Shown: positions 29,688-38,289 of the stretch, piece after piece
How the letters are laid out: each line of letters opens with the position of its first letter
Numbering within the stretch: the first letter of the stretch is position 1
Assembly (NCBI GenBank): GCA_039815185.1
Contig: JBCBZT010000058.1
Coordinates: forward strand, 1 to 48,128
Direction: 5' to 3'
Origin: Cyanobacteria bacterium P01_A01_bin.123
GTDB taxonomy: Bacteria > Cyanobacteriota > Cyanobacteriia > Phormidesmidales > Phormidesmidaceae
Length of the DNA: 48,128 nucleotides
Notes under the pieces: generated by a model
Database searches by the model: none
Told to the model about the DNA's origin: nothing
The model's input: the letters and a program-made list of their open reading frames with translations, nothing else
Translations under genes and position numbers: made by a program

Positions 29688-31283
29688 TTACAGCGTCCGT
29701 TCAACTTTGAGAGGTTGACCTGATCCCAGCGATTTCACTTGGGGGGTTAAATCGAGCCACGGTTGCAGTTGCCCCTGTTGAAAGGTACGACTCATCACCA
29801 CATAAATTGAGGTTTGATCGACACCAATGCCGGCTGAGACAACCGCATCCCAGGTGTCAGCTTTGAGTTCATCAGTAAGATTCCAGGTGCCGTTGTGCCA
29901 GCGTAGGGTGCGCTCAAACTCAAACGGGGCAGGCTTTTTACCGGTGATCAGTACCTTTTGCAGCAGTTTGCGAATCAAATTGGGGAAGAACCGACCCACG
30001 GTTAACATCACTACCCGCAAAATCATCAGATTCATTGGGGTCATTTGCTTTTGTTTGGCCCAGCCTAAAGCACCCCGAATCGAAACTTCATCGTCGCCAA
30101 CCTTGAGGTCATAGGGGCCTACCAGATGACCCACAGCATTTTTCATCTTGCTGCCCTGGCTAACCTGCAGTGAAAACTGGGTGTCTGAAACCACTAGGCG
30201 ATCGCCTCGGAAAAACTTAAAGGCGCCACCTTTGTTGAGGGCCAGATAGAGTTTGGTATCTTGCCGCTGTTCGATCAAAATCCGGGCTTCTTTGAGCCAC
30301 ACTCGTCCCGGTGTCGGTGGCTTTGTCGGTGGGCGATCGCTGACAAAATCTCGCCAAGTGAGCAAATAGTTCCAGGTGTGATGGCCCACAATGTGGTCAT
30401 CGGCGTAGCAGGCACCCAATCCTTTGCATAAGCCAGTTAAAAAGCGATCGTTGATACTCAAGGCCTCAGGCATCCATTTACCCACCAATTCAAACCCATG
30501 GGGAAAGAAGTTGTAGGTATTACGGCTGGTGTATTCGCCACCGTAGGAGCCATCGGGATGGACAAAATAGGAGGTTAGGATCACACCTTTGGTGATAGCA
30601 GCTTTGAGGCGATCGCTAGGACGTAGCTCATAAAGTCGCGCCAAACAAGAAATGGTCAACGTGTGATAGCCCGGATCACAGCCCTCATATTCTTGGAACC
30701 AACCCTCTGGATTTTGCCAAGAGAAGACCAAGTCGATGCGATCGCGAATTGCTTGTTCCCACTTATCGGTGTTCAACAACCGCCCCACTAACTCTAAACA
30801 GAGTGCAATCAGAGCTTGGTGATTGGTCAAGCGTCCGCTTTCGAGGTGGTGAGCTAGCCAGTCGGCCCGCAAATCAAAAAAATTTAGCGCCTCAGGGTTG
30901 TTCAATTCCAGAGCGGTATAGCTTTCCAGACAGGCCAATAGCGAAAATGCGGCTGCGCCGCTGGCCCGTTCAAAGGGGAAATAATCGTCACAAGATCCAT
31001 CTCGGTGGGCACTGCGGGCTGCGTAGAGAATACCTGCCTGCACCCACTCCCGCAAAATGGGTTCTTGATAGAAGGGGTTATCCGGCAGATTGGTCTCGTA
31101 GGCCAAAGCCAGGGGCCAGACAAACTCCTGGGACATGCCGCTGGGAAAGTCGATGATTTTATACTGCCAGAAGTTGCGATCAAAGCAGCCGTAGGTGGGG
31201 CTGTGGGGGTTGCGATCTTGCAGGGTCAGAATTTTCGGGATTTGGGCAAGGGCCGCATGGGCGAAGGGATCTCGTAGGGTCAT
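29688..31283 (-). CDS. uncharacterised protein, predicted alpha/alpha-toroid (heparinase II/III-like) enzyme
   Basis: 531 aa with no signal peptide. Helical repeats end in DGS and QNPEGWFQEYEGCDPGYH, and the C-terminus is beta-rich. Confidence 0.7.
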   Translation of the reverse strand: MTLRDPFAHAALAQIPKILTLQDRNPHSPTYGCFDRNFWQYKIIDFPSGMSQEFVWPLALAYETNLPDNPFYQEPILREWVQAGILYAARSAHRDGSCDDYFPFERASGAAAFSLLACLESYTALELNNPEALNFFDLRADWLAHHLESGRLTNHQALIALCLELVGRLLNTDKWEQAIRDRIDLVFSWQNPEGWFQEYEGCDPGYHTLTISCLARLYELRPSDRLKAAITKGVILTSYFVHPDGSYGGEYTSRNTYNFFPHGFELVGKWMPEALSINDRFLTGLCKGLGACYADDHIVGHHTWNYLLTWRDFVSDRPPTKPPTPGRVWLKEARILIEQRQDTKLYLALNKGGAFKFFRGDRLVVSDTQFSLQVSQGSKMKNAVGHLVGPYDLKVGDDEVSIRGALGWAKQKQMTPMNLMILRVVMLTVGRFFPNLIRKLLQKVLITGKKPAPFEFERTLRWHNGTWNLTDELKADTWDAVVSAGIGVDQTSIYVVMSRTFQQGQLQPWLDLTPQVKSLGSGQPLKVERTL

Positions 31284-31372
31284 GGTGAGCGGGGGGAGAT
31301 GGGGCGTTAGGCGTAATGGGAAAGAGAGTAAGAGAACAAGGGAGCCGGGGAAAGATGGCAGAATAGGGCCGC

Positions 31373-32383
31373 TTAAACGGGTTCGCGATAGCTTTCTGAG
31401 GTCGGCCTTTGACCATCGCGACTAACCGCTTTGCGCTGCATGTGCGCTTCAATATCCCGTTGTCGTGCGCGCAGTTGAATATCTTCAAGCAGTTTGCGAT
31501 TAGCTGACAGCAAATCGGCCATAAAGCCAAATATCCAAAGCTGGAACCCAATCAGCAGTAAAATTGCCGCCAAAATTAAGCTGGGAATTCGCGTCCGTTC
31601 TGCCCCTGACAGCAAAAAGACAACCCAACGCACCCCCAACAAGAAACCTAGAGAAAAGGGGATACTGCCCAAAATCGTAAAAAACTGGAGGGGCCGGTAG
31701 GTCGCAAAGATACGTAGAATCGTAAACAGCGATCGCTGTACGTAGGACCAAATGCTTTTGACTAACCGTGACGGCCTGAGATAACCATTAGTGCGAATCG
31801 GCACCGATACAATCGCCATGCCCCGCTGCCCTGCCTGAATGATTGTCTCCAAGGTGTAGGTATATTCGTTGAACACATTCATCTGCATTGCGGCGTTGCG
31901 GCTGAGCGCGCGAAAGCCACTAGGAGCATCGGCAACGTCGGTGTTACTAGCTACCCGCACCGCCCAACTGCCCAACGCTTGCAGGAGTTTTTTGATCGGC
32001 GAGAAATGCTTAATTTGTCGAATCGGGCGCGCACCCACCACAATCTCCGCTTCCCCAGACAAAATCGGTTCAATCAATTTGGGAATATCCCCGGCGTAGT
32101 ATTGATTGTCTGCATCAGTATTGACGATGATGTCAGCTCCGGCCTTGAGACAGGCCTCCAAGCCCGCCATAAAGCCTTTGGCTAGGCCCTGATTGTGATC
32201 AAAGCTGACAATATGATCAACCCCCATTTGACGGGCCGCATCCACCGTGCCATCGGTGCTACCGTCATTAATGATCAACCACTCCACCACATCCACACCC
32301 GGAACTTCTCGCGGGAGCTCCGACAGGGTAATCCCCAAAGTGGCTTCTTCGTTATAGCAAGGGATTTGAATAATCAGTTTCAT
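31373..32383 (-). CDS. glycosyltransferase family 2 (polyprenol-phosphate glycosyltransferase-like)
   Basis: IPCYNEE, DGSTDGT, DAD motif, DAPSGFR and two C-terminal transmembrane helices. Confidence 0.92.
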   Translation of the reverse strand: MKLIIQIPCYNEEATLGITLSELPREVPGVDVVEWLIINDGSTDGTVDAARQMGVDHIVSFDHNQGLAKGFMAGLEACLKAGADIIVNTDADNQYYAGDIPKLIEPILSGEAEIVVGARPIRQIKHFSPIKKLLQALGSWAVRVASNTDVADAPSGFRALSRNAAMQMNVFNEYTYTLETIIQAGQRGMAIVSVPIRTNGYLRPSRLVKSIWSYVQRSLFTILRIFATYRPLQFFTILGSIPFSLGFLLGVRWVVFLLSGAERTRIPSLILAAILLLIGFQLWIFGFMADLLSANRKLLEDIQLRARQRDIEAHMQRKAVSRDGQRPTSESYREPV

Positions 32384-32538
32384 CTTGAGTCAGCGCGATA
32401 ATAAAGAAAATAGGTCTGGTAGACAAGCGATTGAGACGTCACAACCGTAAGATAAAGCAAACCAAGAAGAAAATATTAGATTGGGAGCCATTGTGCGGTC
32501 GTGAAAAGTACCCCCCCAGAAGTAACTCTCTTAAGAGG

Positions 32539-34059
32539 CTAAACCGCTTGGCTAGGGGCAGTTGCTTGAACTTTCACCAATCGCCACCCATGCCAAAAGC
32601 ACCATAAACCAGCAGCAACCAGCAACAACGCGAAAACAACACCGACTGCAATGGGGATACCCGCAGCGGGCAGTACCCACCACCACACTGCCATAATTTG
32701 CAACAAGTCAGAACTGCTCAAGTTGCCTAAGTCAGGAGGCTGACCAGCGCTCTGCAGTACGGTACTAACATCGGTGGTCATGGCGATACTGACTTGGCGA
32801 AAGGTCGCTCCCCAAACGTTAAAAAGCGGCGCATCACCCCAGTATCCCCAAAGCGACAGGGCCTGCACAATCCGCCCAGCATCGGCAGCCTCAGCATAGT
32901 AGCGTTGATAAAACGTAATTAAACTAGGCGCATTCACCAAAAATCCTACACAGGTCAGTCCAATCAGCCATCGCCGTCCCCGGGCATCGAGCAAGCCCGT
33001 TACAGCCATCAAACCAGGCAGGGCAGGCACTAAAAAACGAGGCCCCCAACTCCAACCGCCAAATTCCCAAAAAGAGTGCAAAATCCAAAAGCCGCTAAAA
33101 ACACCTGCCACGGCAACAGCATCGGCAAAGCCTTTATGCTTCCATAGCTTCCATAGACCGATGATGGCCAGAATCGTGGGTGGGCAATACCAAAATAATC
33201 CCCCCCCTGCACCTGGACTTAATACCAATCCAATAAAGCGCCCGGCAAGGCCATCTAGGGTAAATCGTGAGGCGTCTTGTCCACTAGAGAAGATGTCGCC
33301 AAACCGCATGTAGTTGTAGGCGAAGTAAAACATCATGCCGACGCAAGTACCTAAGAATGGCATTACGACCCGGTATAGGGGATAGCGTTTGACCAGAAAA
33401 TAAAACGCGATCGCTGGCCCAACCACTACCCCTGCCGGTTTCGCAGTAATCACCAGCGCGGCTAAAGTACTCGCACCAATATGAGCTTTCCAACTTTTAC
33501 CCAGGGCCAGATACAGGCTGGTGGCTGTTAATGCCGATAGTAAGGGTTCTGCAAAAAATTCTCGGGAATACACTAGTGCAGTGGTACCAAACGCGTAGCA
33601 CAGGGCCGCCACAAAGGCCCCCTCTCGCCGTGCCCCCAAGCGGCGTGATAGGAAAAACACCATTGCCGTACAGTATCCGGTCAAGAGTACCGATACCACC
33701 AAGGCACATACTGCTGCTGTGTAATGAGTCGGTAAATTCAGCCAATCCCCTAAAAACAGACCAATAAACACAAACGGCGTAGCCAAAATGGGTAGGAGAG
33801 GATAACGAATGGAATAGTATTGCCCATCTTGGCCCAAAGCCCCGCCCGATCCTTCAGGAATCGAGAAGTTGCCCTCTAAGACAAGTGATTTGGACACGTT
33901 TAACATGTCGTTGCCATCAAAGCCCCAAATTCCAGGCTTCAAAAAGGCCAATAGAAACAACGTGATACCCAAAAAAAGGAAGACCCCAATCCACCAATCT
34001 TGACCTGAATGGTCATCTTTACTAAAACCAGAGCCTGATATCACCGTTCCGTCCGTCAT
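32539..34059 (-). CDS. polytopic membrane protein, probable GT-C fold glycosyltransferase
   Basis: Many transmembrane helices, an acidic loop after TM1 (GFDGND), FFAEP and WSWGPRFLVP. Confidence 0.68.
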   Translation of the reverse strand: MTDGTVISGSGFSKDDHSGQDWWIGVFLFLGITLFLLAFLKPGIWGFDGNDMLNVSKSLVLEGNFSIPEGSGGALGQDGQYYSIRYPLLPILATPFVFIGLFLGDWLNLPTHYTAAVCALVVSVLLTGYCTAMVFFLSRRLGARREGAFVAALCYAFGTTALVYSREFFAEPLLSALTATSLYLALGKSWKAHIGASTLAALVITAKPAGVVVGPAIAFYFLVKRYPLYRVVMPFLGTCVGMMFYFAYNYMRFGDIFSSGQDASRFTLDGLAGRFIGLVLSPGAGGGLFWYCPPTILAIIGLWKLWKHKGFADAVAVAGVFSGFWILHSFWEFGGWSWGPRFLVPALPGLMAVTGLLDARGRRWLIGLTCVGFLVNAPSLITFYQRYYAEAADAGRIVQALSLWGYWGDAPLFNVWGATFRQVSIAMTTDVSTVLQSAGQPPDLGNLSSSDLLQIMAVWWWVLPAAGIPIAVGVVFALLLVAAGLWCFWHGWRLVKVQATAPSQAV

Positions 34060-34475
34060 AGGTTTGTATCCAAAAGCTAAGAAGGAATCTCAAGGGTTAG
34101 CGTACTTATCGTCTTCATCTTTCCCAAGAGCTGAGGCAGATCTCACCTTCCACCACTAATCTTTCATTCATCGTTGGATAGAGAGTTCCGCATAGTTATA
34201 GTTCCCCATCACTACAGACCTGCACTGATCCGATTGGTTTCTCTAAATTTATGTTACTGAGATGAAGATTGAGTGAACTTCGACCGTAGATCTTGGCATG
34301 GTTGCGGGCATCAAGGCACGATTCTAATGGAAATTGCGGATCGTTTAAGTCAAGTATTGTCGGGACTTAACTATACAGGTGTGTAAAACTGCTGTGTCTT
34401 CTGCAATGCTCACGGTGCATCTAAGGTCACAACTTCCCATGATTTTTCAAAGCATAGATCTTTGATGTGTTAGGC

Positions 34476-36233
34476 ATGGCTACAACGTCCTCGTTTTCCG
34501 ATAGTTCACCGATTGATCCCACCTTTTTATCTGTATTATTTCCTGACGATATTGCCGCAACAGAACCAGACCCCTTGACAGGGATGGAAATAGTCTCTGC
34601 GTCTGATGCTCAAGCTGAAAATTCAGGCGGTACAACCCAAAGTTCTGGGCCATTGGCTGACCCTTTGGAGCAATCCGATCAACAAGGTAATGAGGATGTC
34701 TTAACCCCAGAGGTGGCGGAGGAACAGCTCAAAGTTGCAACTCTCGACGTGTCTGAATTTCAAGCACCAGATGGGGTTCTAGAAGGTAACGACACTGCCG
34801 TAATCGCAGATGCTGGAGCTGACGACACAACAGAAGCCCCTGGAACTGAGGAAAACAAAGCAGTAATCGCTGACCCTGCTCCAGAAAACCAAGTCTCGAC
34901 AAGCTTGGATTCGTCTCAACAGGCGGTTGTCGATGCAATCGTAGCGTCAGGTGCTGACATCCTAGGGCTGACGGGATTGATCAATGATGGCTATAGCGAA
35001 ACCAGCACTCTACAAGCTTTAGTCAATGCTCTTAATATTCAACTGGGAGAAGAAGTTTATACGGCGATTGTATTGGAGCGCCCCCATCTGGGTTATCAAG
35101 AAACCACAGTTGGCATCCTTTACAAACCCGCAGTGGTAAGTCCTCTGGGCAAAACAGCCGTTTTAGAAACTGGAGCCTTCGCCCAAGAAGAAATTGAAGC
35201 TCCCGATGGAGTGAGCAATTCTAGCCCACAGGAGAATGACGGTACTGCTACCACGGTAGAGACGCCGCTTCAAAGTGATACGCAGGTTCCACTGGCCCAG
35301 GCATTTGAGGAAATTGCCACAGGGGAAGTCTTCACTACAGTGATTACGGATCTTTCAGCTCAAGGGGTAGATGACACGACTGACATTCAGGTAGCTCAAG
35401 AACTAGCTGATTGGTTAGCAACGAATCCGACCGAGGTTTTTGATTCAGATGTACTGATTTTGGGTGACTTCAATGAGAACCCGCAAGCAGAACCCACTTT
35501 AACGCTACAGTCGGCAGGCTATACCCCCTTAATATCTGCCTCTGAGCCGGGTGAATTTGATCCAAGTAGGCCTGATCCTGAAGCCCCTGTTTCTAGCAGT
35601 TCTGCCCTGAGCAATGCAGCCCTGACAGGACAGGTCTCGAGTGTCAATGGCCAACCCTTCGAACTTGACCCTACAGATCCGGGTATCGAGGAGCCTGAGA
35701 TAGGCGTCTCTGGTTCAGAGCCGCCTGCTACGGGCGAACCTAGTGTAAGCAATCAATCTGAACTCAGCTCTGAGGCTATTGAAGACGATACGAGCGACCC
35801 AGTTGCTCCTAGCCAAACAGCATTTATTGTCGGTTTAACGCTAGAGCGAACGAAGATTGAAGGAACGCAGCAGCGAGATTCCCTGGTAGGTACGGCAGCC
35901 GATGAAATATTTGTTGGCTTAGCCGGTGGAGATTTAATCACGACGGGTGATGGCTATGACACCTTGGTGTATACCTCAATGCGCGACGGGGGCGATCGCA
36001 TCAGCGATTTTTCACCGTTGCATGATCGGATTGCATTGACTCAACTCTTCCAAGCCTCTGATATTTCAGCATCTACATTTACAGACGCGATCTCCCTTGG
36101 ATATTTGTCTGTTCAAGAACGGGGAGATGAAACTTGGTTGCGGTTTGATGCCAGTGGCAGCGGTACTGGCCGAACACTTGTCATTTTAGAAGGCGTCTCC
36201 GCAGGCGACCTCAGCGACAGCAACTTTACTTAG
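34476..36233 (+). CDS. acidic secreted protein with a degenerate ExeM/NucH-type nuclease domain and an RTX/T1SS C-terminus
   Basis: ADILGL, VGILYKP, PLAQAF, WLATNPT and ILGDFN blocks. C-terminal DSLVGTAADE...GGDLITTGDGYD...DRISDF. Confidence 0.78.
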   Translation: MATTSSFSDSSPIDPTFLSVLFPDDIAATEPDPLTGMEIVSASDAQAENSGGTTQSSGPLADPLEQSDQQGNEDVLTPEVAEEQLKVATLDVSEFQAPDGVLEGNDTAVIADAGADDTTEAPGTEENKAVIADPAPENQVSTSLDSSQQAVVDAIVASGADILGLTGLINDGYSETSTLQALVNALNIQLGEEVYTAIVLERPHLGYQETTVGILYKPAVVSPLGKTAVLETGAFAQEEIEAPDGVSNSSPQENDGTATTVETPLQSDTQVPLAQAFEEIATGEVFTTVITDLSAQGVDDTTDIQVAQELADWLATNPTEVFDSDVLILGDFNENPQAEPTLTLQSAGYTPLISASEPGEFDPSRPDPEAPVSSSSALSNAALTGQVSSVNGQPFELDPTDPGIEEPEIGVSGSEPPATGEPSVSNQSELSSEAIEDDTSDPVAPSQTAFIVGLTLERTKIEGTQQRDSLVGTAADEIFVGLAGGDLITTGDGYDTLVYTSMRDGGDRISDFSPLHDRIALTQLFQASDISASTFTDAISLGYLSVQERGDETWLRFDASGSGTGRTLVILEGVSAGDLSDSNFT

Positions 36234-36368
36234 TGGGTAAAAGCCCTCAGTTTTCGTTAGCTCCCGTGTGTGTTCCAAAATTTCTGTGTGTTTGTTCCGA
36301 AGCCCAAGATTAACTTTGTTTGAGTACATCAGCCTTTGATGACTCCATCCTACTGGAGACTGCAATCT

Positions 36369-37310
36369 ATGCTCAGTGCTAACACTCTCAAACATGCAGC
36401 ACTCTTAGCTGGACTCACAACCCTAATAGGGTGGAGCAGCAAGCAACTTCCTTATGCTCAAGCAGCTACTTTTGTCTTCGACAATTGGAATAGGGTAGGC
36501 GACGTTCTTGTCCAGGATGAGAATGTTGGGCTGTCAAATAATGGCCTATTAGGTGAAGATGGCGATGCCGCAACGGATGCGGCGGTTAACTTTTCTGGTG
36601 AGCGTGCTGTCGATATCAATACTTTAGAAACCGAGTTGGGGCTACCATCCATGGCCCTTAATTTACCTGATTTTGATGCTTACGAAGGGTCAGGTCTCTA
36701 CACCGAACTCGTGATTACGGAACCTACGACCTTCAGTTTTGACTGGGTATTTTTTACCAATGAGAATTTCTTTGTCCCGGTTTTTCCTGACTATGCGTTT
36801 ATTTCAATCAATCAATCAATTACCTCGATTGCGAATGCGTTTGAGCCGCTTGTGAGCTCGCCATTAGGTTATCAGTACCAACGGATGGGGTCTTTCAGCC
36901 AATCGCTTGATATCGGGACTTATAACTTAGCAATTGGTGTGGTTGACGTGGGGGATGTGGCTGTTTCATCCGGTCTTGCCATTATGAATGCTGAGTTCAC
37001 GCCCCCTATAGTTGATGGCGGCAATGGCGGTGGCGGTAACGGCGGTGGCAACGGCAACGGTGGTGGCGGTAACGGCGGCGGTAATGGCGGTGGCGGCAAC
37101 GGCGGCGGTAATGGCGGTGGCGGCAACGGTGGTGGCGGTAATGGCGGCGGCAATGGCGGCAATGGCGGCGGCAATGGCGGCGGTGGTCCAGTTGTTAGTA
37201 TTCCCGAACCTTCAGCGATACTGGGGCATGGCCTCATAGGGGTGATTGGTGTCGCAGGCAGTTTAATGCGAAAATCAAACTGCAATAAGGCAACAAATCC
37301 TAAAAAGTAG
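36369..37310 (+). CDS. PEP-CTERM sorting domain protein with a Gly/Asn linker
   Basis: Signal peptide ending AQA, and C-terminal IPEPS followed by a transmembrane helix and a basic tail. Confidence 0.88.
   Translation: MLSANTLKHAALLAGLTTLIGWSSKQLPYAQAATFVFDNWNRVGDVLVQDENVGLSNNGLLGEDGDAATDAAVNFSGERAVDINTLETELGLPSMALNLPDFDAYEGSGLYTELVITEPTTFSFDWVFFTNENFFVPVFPDYAFISINQSITSIANAFEPLVSSPLGYQYQRMGSFSQSLDIGTYNLAIGVVDVGDVAVSSGLAIMNAEFTPPIVDGGNGGGGNGGGNGNGGGGNGGGNGGGGNGGGNGGGGNGGGGNGGGNGGNGGGNGGGGPVVSIPEPSAILGHGLIGVIGVAGSLMRKSNCNKATNPKK
37017..37187 (+). repeat. GGN/GGGN low-complexity coding repeat (57 codons)
   Basis: Tandem GGC/GGT and AAY codons encoding only Gly and Asn. Confidence 0.95.
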
Positions 37311-37315
37311 TCTGC

Positions 37316-38089
37316 ATGACCCCTGTAATCAAAGTTGGCGATCGCACCTTAACTGCTAGCGAATTGGTTGATTGTCTGACGCGGCACCAACTGATGCCTC
37401 GGTTAATCCAGGAATTGTTGATTGACGAAGCCATTGCATCGGTTGACTGTAATACAGAAGAGGTGGCGATCGCCCACCAAACCTTTTACCAAAAGCATCA
37501 ACTTGCAAGTGAAGCTGACAAAGATGCCTGGCGGCAGCAACGGGGGGTTTCTCCAGACGCTTTTGAAGCGTTGATCTTGCGTGACCTAAAGCTAGAAAAA
37601 TACAAAGCGCAAACCTGGGAAACGCAGGTTGAATCTTATTTTCTACAGCGCAAAACCCAACTCGACCGAGTCCTCTATTCTTTGATTCGAACTGAAGACG
37701 CAGGGTTAGCCCAGGAGCTTTATTTTCGCATCCACGACGATGGTGAATCCTTTAGTGATCTCTCGCGACAATATTCTGAAGGTCAAGAAGCGCAAACAGG
37801 TGGGCTGATCGGCCCCGTAGAACTCAGCGTACCTCATCCCACTTTGGCCAAGATGCTTTCCATTAGCCAACCCAATCAAATCTGGTCTCCCACACGTATT
37901 GGGGAATGGTTCATTATCGTGCGGCTAGAAAAATTTGTCCCGGCACAAATGGATGAAGCAATGCGTCAGCGATTGCTTAATGAACTGTTTAGCCAGTGGC
38001 TCCAAACTCAGCTAAAGCAAGTTGCAGTGCAGGTTTTAACCCTGCCTCAACCTCCTGAACCCTCAGCTACTGATTTGAATTCACCCTAG
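37316..38089 (+). CDS. PpiC-type peptidylprolyl isomerase (cyanobacterial T1SS-associated type)
   Basis: LDRVLYSLIR, AQELYFRI and FSDLSRQYSEGQEAQTGGLIGPV. Confidence 0.88.
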   Translation: MTPVIKVGDRTLTASELVDCLTRHQLMPRLIQELLIDEAIASVDCNTEEVAIAHQTFYQKHQLASEADKDAWRQQRGVSPDAFEALILRDLKLEKYKAQTWETQVESYFLQRKTQLDRVLYSLIRTEDAGLAQELYFRIHDDGESFSDLSRQYSEGQEAQTGGLIGPVELSVPHPTLAKMLSISQPNQIWSPTRIGEWFIIVRLEKFVPAQMDEAMRQRLLNELFSQWLQTQLKQVAVQVLTLPQPPEPSATDLNSP

Positions 38090-38289
38090 CGCCACGGGAA
38101 GGAAGGAAGCCTTCGTTATAGAGGGATTCCCAACTTTGCCCGGAAAAGGACGGCTTGCCCCAGAATCATCAAAAGGTAATCCATATTCGCGTTTGATCCC
38201 CTGCTGGGGTATAAGTGTTGGCACACAAACCGTTGTTGTTGCGTCTATAAGCCGCAGGACAAGTGTGAAGGGAGACGAGGATTTATTTA

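Noticed and set aside
36920..37285. Poly-proline ORF on the minus strand (and the Ala/Val/Met ORF at 37012-37239)
   Set aside because: These are shadow frames of the Gly/Asn repeat in the PEP-CTERM gene.
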